A stretch of DNA of 64,000 bases. Origin: an uncultured bacterium. Lineage in GTDB: Bacteria > Planctomycetota > UBA1135 > UBA2386. The DNA lies in NCBI GenBank assembly GCA_937952215.1, contig CALFZH010000056.1:16425-80424 (forward strand), written 5' to 3'. How positions within the stretch are numbered: position 1 is the stretch's first letter; each line of letters begins with the position of its first letter. The notes below the pieces were generated by a model. It saw only the letters and a list, made by a program, of their open reading frames with translations. It was not told the origin of the DNA and ran no database searches. A program made the position numbers and the translations under genes. Positions 47,709 to 58,613 of the stretch are shown here, piece after piece.

Positions 47709-48310
47709 CGGCTCCCGCGCGGCCGTTCCGGGTCACGGTCTACGCGTCGTCGAGCGAACGCATCGCCGAGGCGCACCGGGCGCTGGCCGCCGAACTCGGC
47801 GCGCGCATCGCGCGGGCCGGCTGGGAACTGGTGTGGGGCGGCGGGCGCTTTGGGCTGATGGGCGAGGTGTCGCGCGGCGCGCGCGAGGCGGGGGGGCGCA
47901 CGATCGGCGTCATCCTGCAGCAGTTCGTCGACAAGAACGTGCACTGCGAACGCGCCTCGTCGATGGCGACCGTGCACGACATGCGCACGCGCAAGCGCGG
48001 GCTCGACGAGGCCGGCGATGCCTACGTGGCGTTGCCCGGCGGGCTCGGCACGCTCGAGGAACTGCTCGAGATCCTGTCGTTCAAGCAGCTCGGCTTCCAC
48101 GACAAGCCGGTCGTGATCCTGGACGCGCTCGGCTACTGGCAGCCGCTGCTGGCGATGCTCGAACGCGGCTTCGCCGATGGGTTCATCCAGCCGCACTTCC
48201 GCGGCCTGTGGACGGTTGCCCGCACGCCGGCCGAAGCGATCGAGCAGATCGTCGCCGGCTCCCCGCACCGCCCTGGTGCCGTCGACGCGCGCGGCGGCGG
48301 TACCGGCTGA
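47705..48310 (+). CDS. LOG-family (TIGR00730-type) nucleotide phosphoribohydrolase
   Basis: Motifs WGGGRFGLMG and LPGGLGTLEEL. The start overlaps the Nudix stop. Confidence 0.88.
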   Translation: MTAPARPFRVTVYASSSERIAEAHRALAAELGARIARAGWELVWGGGRFGLMGEVSRGAREAGGRTIGVILQQFVDKNVHCERASSMATVHDMRTRKRGLDEAGDAYVALPGGLGTLEELLEILSFKQLGFHDKPVVILDALGYWQPLLAMLERGFADGFIQPHFRGLWTVARTPAEAIEQIVAGSPHRPGAVDARGGGTG

Positions 48311-48331
48311 GGCCGGCGCGACGAGGGGCGC

Positions 48332-50236
48332 CTACAGCGGCCAGATCGCCGCTGCAGCGGTGAGCCAGGGCGTGCCGACCACCGGCAGGATCGCCGCCTG
48401 GAACATCGCGGCCTGCAACCCCCACTCGTCGCCGCGCAGCGCGGTCGCGACCGCAGGCGGAAGATGCAGCGTGACCGGTTCGCCGGTCGTGGATCCGGCC
48501 ACCAGCAACGGCGGCGCCACCAACGCGTCCAGCAGCAGGTCGCCGAAGCCCGGCAGCGGCGTCGGTGCGCGCGCGAGCCGGCCGATGCCGAGCAGCGCGA
48601 AGCCGTTCGCCGGCACCGCGAGCACGAGGTCGAGCGGTGCGCCTGCTGGCTGCATGCGCCGGAACTCCGGGAACTGCGCCTGCGGCACGATCTCGCCGAC
48701 CGCCGGGAACGCCAGCACGTGATTCTGTGTGTGCACGCGCACGCTCTCGCTGTTGACGCGCGTGCCGAGCACGGGACCCGGCAGTGGCACCGCGGCCCAC
48801 TGGCCGGCGGGCGCCCCGAAGCCGAACGCCGTGCTGCCGTCGACGACGAGCGCGCACGTGCGCCAGATGGCGACGCTCGGTGTGCCGGTGCCAGCGCGCG
48901 GCGTCGCGAGCCAGCGGCCACTTCGTGCCTCGAACGCCCACAGGTTCGCGGCGTCCCAGGCGATCAGCGGAGCGCTCGAGGGGTTGCTGGACCACGCGAG
49001 GCTCGGCGTGTTCAGCAACACGAAGGCGCCAGTGCGCCCGTCGAAGGCGAACACGCCACTGCCAGCACCCACCGCGGCGCCGGTCGTCGTGAGCGAGGGT
49101 GGGCCCGGCTGTGCGGCACCAGGTGCGCGGTGCCAGGTGCCGGTCAGCGAACTCCACAGCACCGGGTGGTTGCCGGCAGCGAGCATGGATCCCACGGCGC
49201 CGGCCGCCTGCATGCCGAGCGCCGGCCCCGCCAAGGTCGCATGGCGGTCGTTGACGGCGCTCCAACCAGTGACGCCGGCAGCGTCCTGCAGCAGCAGCGT
49301 ACTGCCACTGCCGACCATGCCAGCACTGGCGCTGGCCAGCGCGGGGCTCCAGGTTGCGGTGCACGCCGAGAACGCGCGCTTGCCTGCTGGCGTGTCGAGG
49401 ACCGCGAACAGGTCGAACGGGGTCGCGTTCGTGCCGGCAGGTCCTGCCGCGACCCACGCGTTCTGCAGACTGCTGTAGCCGATCGCGGTGCCGCCGCCGA
49501 TCCAGATGCCGTAGTCGTCGCCACGCACGAGCGACGAACCGACCGCGATCTGCCGCGTGGACCAGGCGCCATGCACGGCGCTGAAGGCATGGACGGTGCC
49601 GTTCGCCTCCGCGAAGCCGGCGGTGCCGTCCACCGACAGTTGCCAGGGCACGGCCGGAACGGTGAGGTCGTGCCACGTGCCGGTGAACGCGTCGTAGGCG
49701 CTCAGCATCGTGCCGTAGGCGGCGAGCGCCGTGTGCCGCAGCACCACCGTCGCCGGTGGACCGGGGAACACGCGCGACGTCCACGTGCCGACGAAGCTGC
49801 TGTAGGCATGCAGCGTCGCGCCGTCGACGACGAGCAGCACCGAGTCGTTTTGGTTCGTGATGCCGTTCCGCAGCGTCGCCGTCGGTCCGATCGACATGCT
49901 CGCGAACGCGCCGCGCATCGACGAGAAGGCATGCGCGGCCCCGAGGCCGATGGTGAGCACGCAGTCGTTGAACACGCGCGTCGTCCCGACCGCGCCGCGC
50001 GGATGCACCTTCCAGTTCCGCGTGACGGCCGACCAGGCGTGCAACTGGATGCCGTCGCGGTAGGCGACGACCTTGCCGAGGTTCAGCAGGTCCGTGGCGA
50101 CGACACCCGTGGGCACCGACAGGCTGGCCCAGGCGGCCGGGGCCTGCGTGCGGCCAGTGGCGACGAGGAGCAGCGCCTGGCAGGCGACGAGAACGGCGCG
50201 GCGGAGTGACGGCACGGGGCGCGGCACCATAGGCAT
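48332..50236 (-). CDS. Secreted repeat protein (PQQ/BamB-like beta-propeller-type repeats)
   Basis: Start at ATG 50236 gives the signal peptide MPMVPRPVPSLRRAVLVACQALLLVATGRTQA. About 12 copies of h-x-A-[FWY]-[SD]-x3-G-x-W occur every ~35-50 aa (LHAWSAVTRNW, LHAYSSFVGTW, LSAYDAFTGTW, VHAFSAVHGAW, LWAFEARSGRW ...). The ORF-track extension to 51040 is Arg/Ala-rich junk. Confidence 0.75.
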   Translation of the reverse strand: MPMVPRPVPSLRRAVLVACQALLLVATGRTQAPAAWASLSVPTGVVATDLLNLGKVVAYRDGIQLHAWSAVTRNWKVHPRGAVGTTRVFNDCVLTIGLGAAHAFSSMRGAFASMSIGPTATLRNGITNQNDSVLLVVDGATLHAYSSFVGTWTSRVFPGPPATVVLRHTALAAYGTMLSAYDAFTGTWHDLTVPAVPWQLSVDGTAGFAEANGTVHAFSAVHGAWSTRQIAVGSSLVRGDDYGIWIGGGTAIGYSSLQNAWVAAGPAGTNATPFDLFAVLDTPAGKRAFSACTATWSPALASASAGMVGSGSTLLLQDAAGVTGWSAVNDRHATLAGPALGMQAAGAVGSMLAAGNHPVLWSSLTGTWHRAPGAAQPGPPSLTTTGAAVGAGSGVFAFDGRTGAFVLLNTPSLAWSSNPSSAPLIAWDAANLWAFEARSGRWLATPRAGTGTPSVAIWRTCALVVDGSTAFGFGAPAGQWAAVPLPGPVLGTRVNSESVRVHTQNHVLAFPAVGEIVPQAQFPEFRRMQPAGAPLDLVLAVPANGFALLGIGRLARAPTPLPGFGDLLLDALVAPPLLVAGSTTGEPVTLHLPPAVATALRGDEWGLQAAMFQAAILPVVGTPWLTAAAAIWPL

Positions 50237-50283
50237 GGTTCGTCGCGCGCGCAGGGGGGGGGCCGGCCCGTGGGACACCGTTG

Positions 50284-51078
50284 TCACGGCTGCGGAGCGA
50301 GCAGCGCGCCGAACCACCACACGCCGCCGTCGCTGCGATGGAGCCGATCGCGGGCCGATACCGCGGGTGCGGTGGCGCGCAGCGTTGCCGGCGGGATGCC
50401 GCCGATCACGAGGCCGGGCACGCCGCTGCGAGCGACGACGTCGCCGACGCCGAGCAGATGCGCCTGGCCGAGCACGGCGACCAGCAGGCGATCGGCGTGC
50501 TCCGCGGCGATCGTTCGCACGGTGGTGGCGATGCGCGCGTCGCGCGCGGCCAGCGGCAGCCTGGGGGTTGGCTCGAGGGCGCGGACCGGAATGGCGTGGT
50601 GGCGCGCGAACGCCAGCAGCGCGCGGTAGTGCGGGGCGTCGAGCTCTTCGTCGTCGAGCCAGGAACCCGGCCAGCGGCGGCGCATGCGCGTGCGCAGCTG
50701 CTCCTCGTTCGTGCGGCCGGCGACGTAGTCGGCAACAGCAGGCCCGTCCTGTTCGCCGATCGCCTCGAGCAGCAGCAGCAGCGGCCGTCCGCTCTGCTGC
50801 AGGAGCGTGAGCACGTCGCGCTGCAGCACGTGCAGCCGGTCGCTGTAGTGGTGGTCGCCGAGCCAGACGACCGCGTGGTCCTGGGCCATCGCGACGATGT
50901 CCGTGAGCGACGCCTCGGCGACGATCTGCTGCCCGACGGCGTCCTCGAACGACTGCCGGTAGTGCGCCAGCGAGCCGCCCGCCGGCCGCCAGGCCAGTGG
51001 CGTGCTGCACGCGGTGGCCGCGAGCAGCAGGATGGCGCAAAGCACATGGCTCGGCATGATCCGTCGAGCAAGGTCCAT
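50284..51078 (-). CDS. ChaN-like (Tiki/haem-binding superfamily) lipoprotein
   Basis: Lipobox LLLAATAC. The pattern VVWLGDHHYSDRLH...LLLLEAIG...HYRALLAFARHHAIPVRALEP is ChaN-like. The start is either 51078 (MDLARRIMPSH) or 51057. Confidence 0.75.
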   Translation of the reverse strand: MDLARRIMPSHVLCAILLLAATACSTPLAWRPAGGSLAHYRQSFEDAVGQQIVAEASLTDIVAMAQDHAVVWLGDHHYSDRLHVLQRDVLTLLQQSGRPLLLLLEAIGEQDGPAVADYVAGRTNEEQLRTRMRRRWPGSWLDDEELDAPHYRALLAFARHHAIPVRALEPTPRLPLAARDARIATTVRTIAAEHADRLLVAVLGQAHLLGVGDVVARSGVPGLVIGGIPPATLRATAPAVSARDRLHRSDGGVWWFGALLAPQP

Positions 51079-51087
51079 GGAGCGATC

Positions 51088-51768
51088 ATGAAGCGCAAGG
51101 TCGGTGTGGTGTTGTCGGGATGTGGGTTCCTCGACGGTTCGGAGATCCAGGAGTCGGTGTTGACGTTGCTCGCCCTCGACGAACTCGGCGCCGAGGCGGT
51201 TTGCATGGCGCCGCGCGGTCCGCAGCACCACGTCGTCGATCACGAACGCGGCGAGCCCGTGGCGGCGGAGCGACGCGATGTGCTGCGCGAAGCCGCCCGC
51301 ATCGCGCGTGGTCGCATCCGCGATCTGGCGACCGTCACCGCCGCGGAGCTCGATGCCGTCGTGCTGCCGGGTGGCTTTGGCGCGGCGAAGAACCTCAGCG
51401 ACTTCGCGGTCGCCGGTGCGCGCGCGACCGCGCACCCCGAAGTCGCGCGCCTGCTGCGGGAAATGCACGCGGCGCGGAAACCGATCGGCGCCATCTGCAT
51501 CGCGCCCGCCGTCGTCGCGTCCGTGCTCGGTCGGACCGCCCGTCCGACGCTGACGATCGGCAACGACGCGGCCACGGCGCAGGCCCTGGAGGCGATGGGG
51601 GCCCGCCATCGCCAATGCGCGGTGGACGCGTGTGTCGTCGATCCCGAGTGTCGGATCATCTCGACCCCGGCGTACATGTTCGACGCCGGCGTCGCGTCGA
51701 TCGCCGCCGGCATCCGCAAGCTGTGCACGGAAGTGCTCGCGGCGATCGCGAAGCGAGGTGCGGCATGA
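51088..51768 (+). CDS. elbB: ElbB-type DJ-1/PfpI family protein (isoprenoid biosynthesis glyoxalase ElbB)
   Basis: It aligns closely by eye to E. coli ElbB: VGVVLSGCGFLDGSEIQESVLTLLAL, LDAVVLPGGFGAAKNLS, PIGAICIAP, STPAYM. Confidence 0.85.
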   Translation: MKRKVGVVLSGCGFLDGSEIQESVLTLLALDELGAEAVCMAPRGPQHHVVDHERGEPVAAERRDVLREAARIARGRIRDLATVTAAELDAVVLPGGFGAAKNLSDFAVAGARATAHPEVARLLREMHAARKPIGAICIAPAVVASVLGRTARPTLTIGNDAATAQALEAMGARHRQCAVDACVVDPECRIISTPAYMFDAGVASIAAGIRKLCTEVLAAIAKRGAA

Positions 51769-52595
51769 GCAAGCCGAGCAAGGCAGCAGGGCGGCGGGCG
51801 GTCGATGCCGATCGCACGGCGCGGGAACTTGCCGGGCGACGGTGCCTCGTCACCGGTGGTGGGTCGGGGATCGGTGCCGGCATCGCGCGCGCGTTGGCTC
51901 TGCGCGGAGCCCGGGTCGGCCTGCTCGGCCGACGTCGCCAGGCGCTCCAACAAGTCGCCACGAGCCTGCCGGTTGTCGATGGCGAAGGCGCGCGCGTCGT
52001 CGTCGGCGACGTCACCGATCGCACCGGTCTGCGCACGGCCGTCGCCCGGCTGGCCCGGTCGTTCGGCGGGCTCGACATCGTCGTGGCGAACGCCGGCATC
52101 GGCGGCCCCAACCGGTGCGCCCTGCCCGGGCCCGAACGCTGGGATGAAGTCGTGCGCACGAACCTCGACGGTGTCTTCTTCACCGTGCTCGCGGCGTTGC
52201 CCCACCTCGCCGACGGCGGTCGCATCGTCGTCATCAGTTCGGTGCTCGGGCGCTTTGGCGTGCCCGGCTACACCGCGTACTGCGCGAGCAAGCACGGCGT
52301 GATCGGCCTCGCGAAGGCACTCGCCCTCGAACTCGCGCCGCGGCGCATCACCGTCAATGTCGTGTGCCCGGGGTGGGTCGACACCGACATGGCGACCGCC
52401 GGCATGCAGGCCATGGCGGATGCGATGGGCACCGACCTTGCCAAGGCCCGCAAGCAGGCCCTGTCCGCGGTGCCGCTCGGTCGCATCCTGCAGCCCGACG
52501 AGATCGGCGAGACCGTTGCCTTCCTGTGTTCGCGCGGTGCCAGCGGGATGACCGGCCAGGCGATCAGCCACTGCGGCGGCCAGGTCATGTGGTGA
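51765..52595 (+). CDS. SDR-family oxidoreductase
   Basis: The ATG overlaps the elbB stop. Motifs: TGGGSGIGAGIA, NAGIGG, and catalytic YxxxK (YCASKHG). Confidence 0.9.
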   Translation: MSKPSKAAGRRAVDADRTARELAGRRCLVTGGGSGIGAGIARALALRGARVGLLGRRRQALQQVATSLPVVDGEGARVVVGDVTDRTGLRTAVARLARSFGGLDIVVANAGIGGPNRCALPGPERWDEVVRTNLDGVFFTVLAALPHLADGGRIVVISSVLGRFGVPGYTAYCASKHGVIGLAKALALELAPRRITVNVVCPGWVDTDMATAGMQAMADAMGTDLAKARKQALSAVPLGRILQPDEIGETVAFLCSRGASGMTGQAISHCGGQVMW

Positions 52596-52725
52596 AGTCC
52601 CGAAACGGGACGAGCCCGCACGCCGTGCCATGGGCAAGTGGGCGCGGCGGCTGCAGCCCAGGGCAACGGGTGGTTTTCGCGCGAGCTAGCCTGTCGAGCC
52701 GCGGGAACGCCTGCGGTTTCCCCCG

Positions 52726-53655
52726 ATGCGCCCCGCGACTTCGCTCTCCCTGGCGGTCCTTGCCGCGTGCACCGCGGTCGACGCGTGGTCGCGTCGCGAC
52801 CGGCAGGCGTGGTTCTCCGAGCCGCCGGTGACGATCGAGTTCGCCGTGCCGCCGCAGGCCTCGGCGCCACGTCCGCAGGATCCTCCGCGCCCGCGTCCCC
52901 TACCGCAGGAGCCACGCTACATCGACCAGCGGGAACCGGCGCGGGTCGGGAGCCGAACGGAACCGCGGCCGGAAATGACAGCGCGCCTCCAGGCAGGGTT
53001 CGGCCGGGTGGACGCCCGGATCGACGGTCGGCTCGACGACCGCGCCGACGCGCGTTTCCTCGGGGTCGGGCTCGAGTCGGATCGTGGCGTTGGCGCCTTC
53101 CTCGAAGCCTGGACGAGTGACGGCGAACTGTTCGCCGGGCGGCGCATCAACGACGGCATCGACCCCGTGCGCGCGGACGCGTCGTTCCACGGGGCCGACC
53201 TGTTCGTCTACTACCATCGCGATCCGCTGCGCGGTGACCTGCGCCTGCCGTGGCGCATCGGACTGTTCACCGATCTCCAGCGACTCGAACAAGAGTACGC
53301 GCCCGTGCAGCGCGACTGGCTCTCGACGGGCGCCCGCGTGGTGGTCGAGCCGACCTGGCGCCTGGTCGGGAACGACGACCGTGCCCTCGAACTCGTCGGC
53401 CGCTTTGGCGTCGACGCCGGCGCGACCTGGTTTCGTGAGCACTTCCGCAACGGCGGCGACCGCGACGAGACCTGGCGCTGGTCGGGAGATGCCGGGCTGG
53501 CGGTGCGCGGACGGCTCGGCAAACTCGACCTGGAGCTCGGCTACCGCCTGACCCACACGCAGTACGCGGCGATCGACAGCGATCTGTTCGGCGACCACGA
53601 CCGCTCCGACTTCCGGCGGCAGCAGGTGTTCGTGTCGTTGGCGCTCACCTGGTAG
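52726..53655 (+). CDS. Hypothetical outer-membrane lipoprotein (possible beta-barrel)
   Basis: Lipobox LAVLAAC and a Pro-rich linker. Amphipathic beta-like segments alternate through the protein, and the C-terminus ends VFVSLALTW with an aromatic terminal residue. Confidence 0.65.
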   Translation: MRPATSLSLAVLAACTAVDAWSRRDRQAWFSEPPVTIEFAVPPQASAPRPQDPPRPRPLPQEPRYIDQREPARVGSRTEPRPEMTARLQAGFGRVDARIDGRLDDRADARFLGVGLESDRGVGAFLEAWTSDGELFAGRRINDGIDPVRADASFHGADLFVYYHRDPLRGDLRLPWRIGLFTDLQRLEQEYAPVQRDWLSTGARVVVEPTWRLVGNDDRALELVGRFGVDAGATWFREHFRNGGDRDETWRWSGDAGLAVRGRLGKLDLELGYRLTHTQYAAIDSDLFGDHDRSDFRRQQVFVSLALTW

Positions 53656-53705
53656 CTGGTCCGCTGCGCGTCGGCGTCGTTCGCCGACAGCCCGCACGGG
53701 CGCGA

Positions 53706-55591
53706 TCAGAGGGTGTGCGTGACCATGAAGTACCAGCCGCGCTGCACCTCTTCCAAGTAGTAGTACTCGGGGTGGTGCGGGTCGGTCAGGTTCTGGCCGA
53801 CGACTTCGAGTGTCGTCTGCGGACAGGCCTGCCAGCCCAGCCTCAGGTCGAGCCGCCACCAGGTCGGGATGCCGGCGCGACGCTGGGTGTAGAGCAGGTT
53901 CGCATCGCACTCGATGCCGGGCAGTGGGTCGAAGCCGAAGGTGGCGCCGCCGCGCAGTGGGGGTACCTGTCCTTCGATCGTGTCGGCATCGCCGAACACC
54001 GTGTCGTCGAAGTTGCGTGAGTTGGCCTGGGTCGTCGCGAGCCACCCGGTGATGCGCAGATTCTCGCACGGGTTCCAGGCCGCGAGCAGTTCGCCGCCGA
54101 ACGCGTTGGTGCGGCCGTCCGCCAGATACAGGGTGGCGCCGGTCGCGAGGTCGGTGTCGAAGCCGTTGATCTGGTCGTCGACGTCGTAGACGAACGTGTC
54201 CAGTTGCAGCAGCAGGCGCTCGCCGAAGCGGCGGCGCACGCCGAATTCCCACGCCAGCAGGCTGCTCGCCTTGCGCGGGACCAGGAGGCCGCTGTCGGCG
54301 ATCTTGCGATCGGGTTCGCGGTTGGCGCTGAAGGCAGTCCAGACGCTCAGGTCGGCAGCCGGCGTCCACGCCAGGCGAACGTCCGGCTGGCTGTCGATGC
54401 CGCTGCCGTCGCGTGCGTCCTGGTAGCCGATGTTGCCGCCGAGCGTCAGGCGCAGCGTCGGGCAGAGCTGCCAGTCCCACGATGCGAACAGGTCGCCGCG
54501 TGTCTCGTTGAATTCGTTGCCGGTCGCGGCGAACACGCGGAAGTTCTCGACGGTGAGGCTTCGCGCACCGAGGCCGACGGTCAGCGTGTGACCCGGCGCT
54601 GCTTGCCACGAATGCTGCAGGGTGCCGTCGAACAACTCCTCGCGCCAGCGCAGGAACTCGTCCGGGACGTCGTTCAAGTAGTCGCGGATGTCCTGGTCGT
54701 AGGCCTCCGCGGCGACGCGCAACTCGGTCCACGAATGGTCGCCGTGGTCGAGCCGCAGCCGCGACTTGAGGTGGCCGCCCTTGATCATGTTCAGCGCCGA
54801 GAACCCCGGGGCGATTGCGTACGAGTCGCCGAGGAAGCTGTCGTGGTACAGGCCGTCGATCGTGAGCGCGCCGTTGTCGCCGAGCCGCGTGTCGAGGCGG
54901 CCGCCGACGCTGTTGTTGTCCCAACGATCGCCGGCTGTGGTCGGATGGCCGCCGTCACGCTGGGCCATCTTGCCGAACACGTAGAAGTCCGACTGCTCGC
55001 CGGCCGACGCCCCGTAGCGGAACGTGCCGATCAGGTGCTCTTCGCTGCCGACCAGCCCGCTGACGCGGAGCCCGCGCGAGTCGGCGGCCTTCTTGGTGAC
55101 GATGTTGATCACGCCCTGGCTCGCCTTGTCGCCCCATCGAGCACCACCAGGGCCGCGGACGACCTCGATGCGCTGGATCACGGCGATCGGCAGGTCGATC
55201 GCCTGGAAGTACTCACGGCGCAGCAGCGTCGTGTACAGACGCTGGCCGTCGATCAAGACCAGCATGCCGGCGAACTCGTACTCGCCGAGACGGCTGCTGA
55301 AGCCGTAGGCGCCGGGCACGTCCTGCGCGATCACGAGGCCCGGCACGAGGCGCAGCAACTCGCCGAGCGAGCGCATGCCGGAACGCCGGATCTCGGGCTC
55401 GTTGAGCACGAACACCGACGCGGCCGTCGCGGCCAACGACTCGGCCTGACGCGCGCCGACTTCGACGGGCACCTCCAGCAGCTGCTCGAGTGTCAACGAC
55501 TCGAGTTCGTCGTGCTGCGGATTCTGCGCATGCAGCGGCGGCGCGGCGGCGAGCGCCGCGGCCAGAACCAGGAGAGGCGTGTTCGACGTCG

Positions 55592-55595
<4 letters not shown>
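53706..55595 (-). CDS. TonB-dependent receptor
   Basis: Start at ATG 55595 gives the signal peptide MTTSNTPLLVLAAALAAAPPLHAQ. Plug-domain motifs: SVFVLNEPEIRRSG, RIEVVRGPGGARWG, QGVINIVTK. The C-terminal barrel ends WYFMVTHTL. The start overlaps the hybrid-kinase stop. Confidence 0.9.
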
Positions 55596-57933
<2,338 letters not shown>

Positions 57934-57937
<4 letters not shown>

Positions 57938-58530
57938 GGCGGCCCCTTGCGCGAGAGCTTCTGCAACTGGGCCGCGACCTTGACGCCCTGGACGCGCAGC
58001 GCCTCGACGTTGACCTCGAAGCGGACGTTGTTGTCCTGCACGAACAACTGCACGCCGCCGCCCAGCGCGGCGAAGCCCGGACGTTCGCAGACGATCGGCA
58101 CCGGCTTGTCGGCGTGGCCGCGCACGATCTCGGGCAGCGCGTTGGCGTCGACGGACGCGGCGACGAACACCAGGTCGTACTCGCCGGCGTGGTCCCCCGA
58201 ACGCGCGTGCGCGAGCGACAACTCGACGACCTTGATGGCCGACGCCTCGACCTTCTTGTCCGGGAGGTGCTTCTGGATCGCCGCCGTCACCAGGTCGCTG
58301 CCGACCACGGCGATGCGGTACTCCTTGCCGCCGCTGCGGTGCGTCGTCAGGTACGGGGCGATCTTCAGCACGACCATTGCGCGCAGCGCGGCGGCGCGGC
58401 GCTCGGCGTCGCCGTCCTGGGTCGGCGTGCTACCGGCGGGCCCTTGCGTCGCAGCGGCGAGGGCGAGCAGCGGCAGCGCGAGGTATCGCGCCAACGACAG
58501 GCCCCACCCCGGTGCGACGAGACTTCGCAT
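57934..58530 (-). CDS. YfiR-family (DUF4154-like) periplasmic protein
   Basis: Signal peptide LALPLLALAAATQG. It matches the family pattern (LKIAPYLT...RIAVVG...DLVFVA...PIVCERPGFAALGGGVQLFVQDNNVRFEVN). Confidence 0.75.
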
Positions 58531-58613
58531 GGACGCCGAGGCTCATCGGCGACCATGGCAAGGTGCCTTGATGGCGGGTGGACAAACCGGAGCGCCGCGC
58601 CGGCGGCCGCTCC

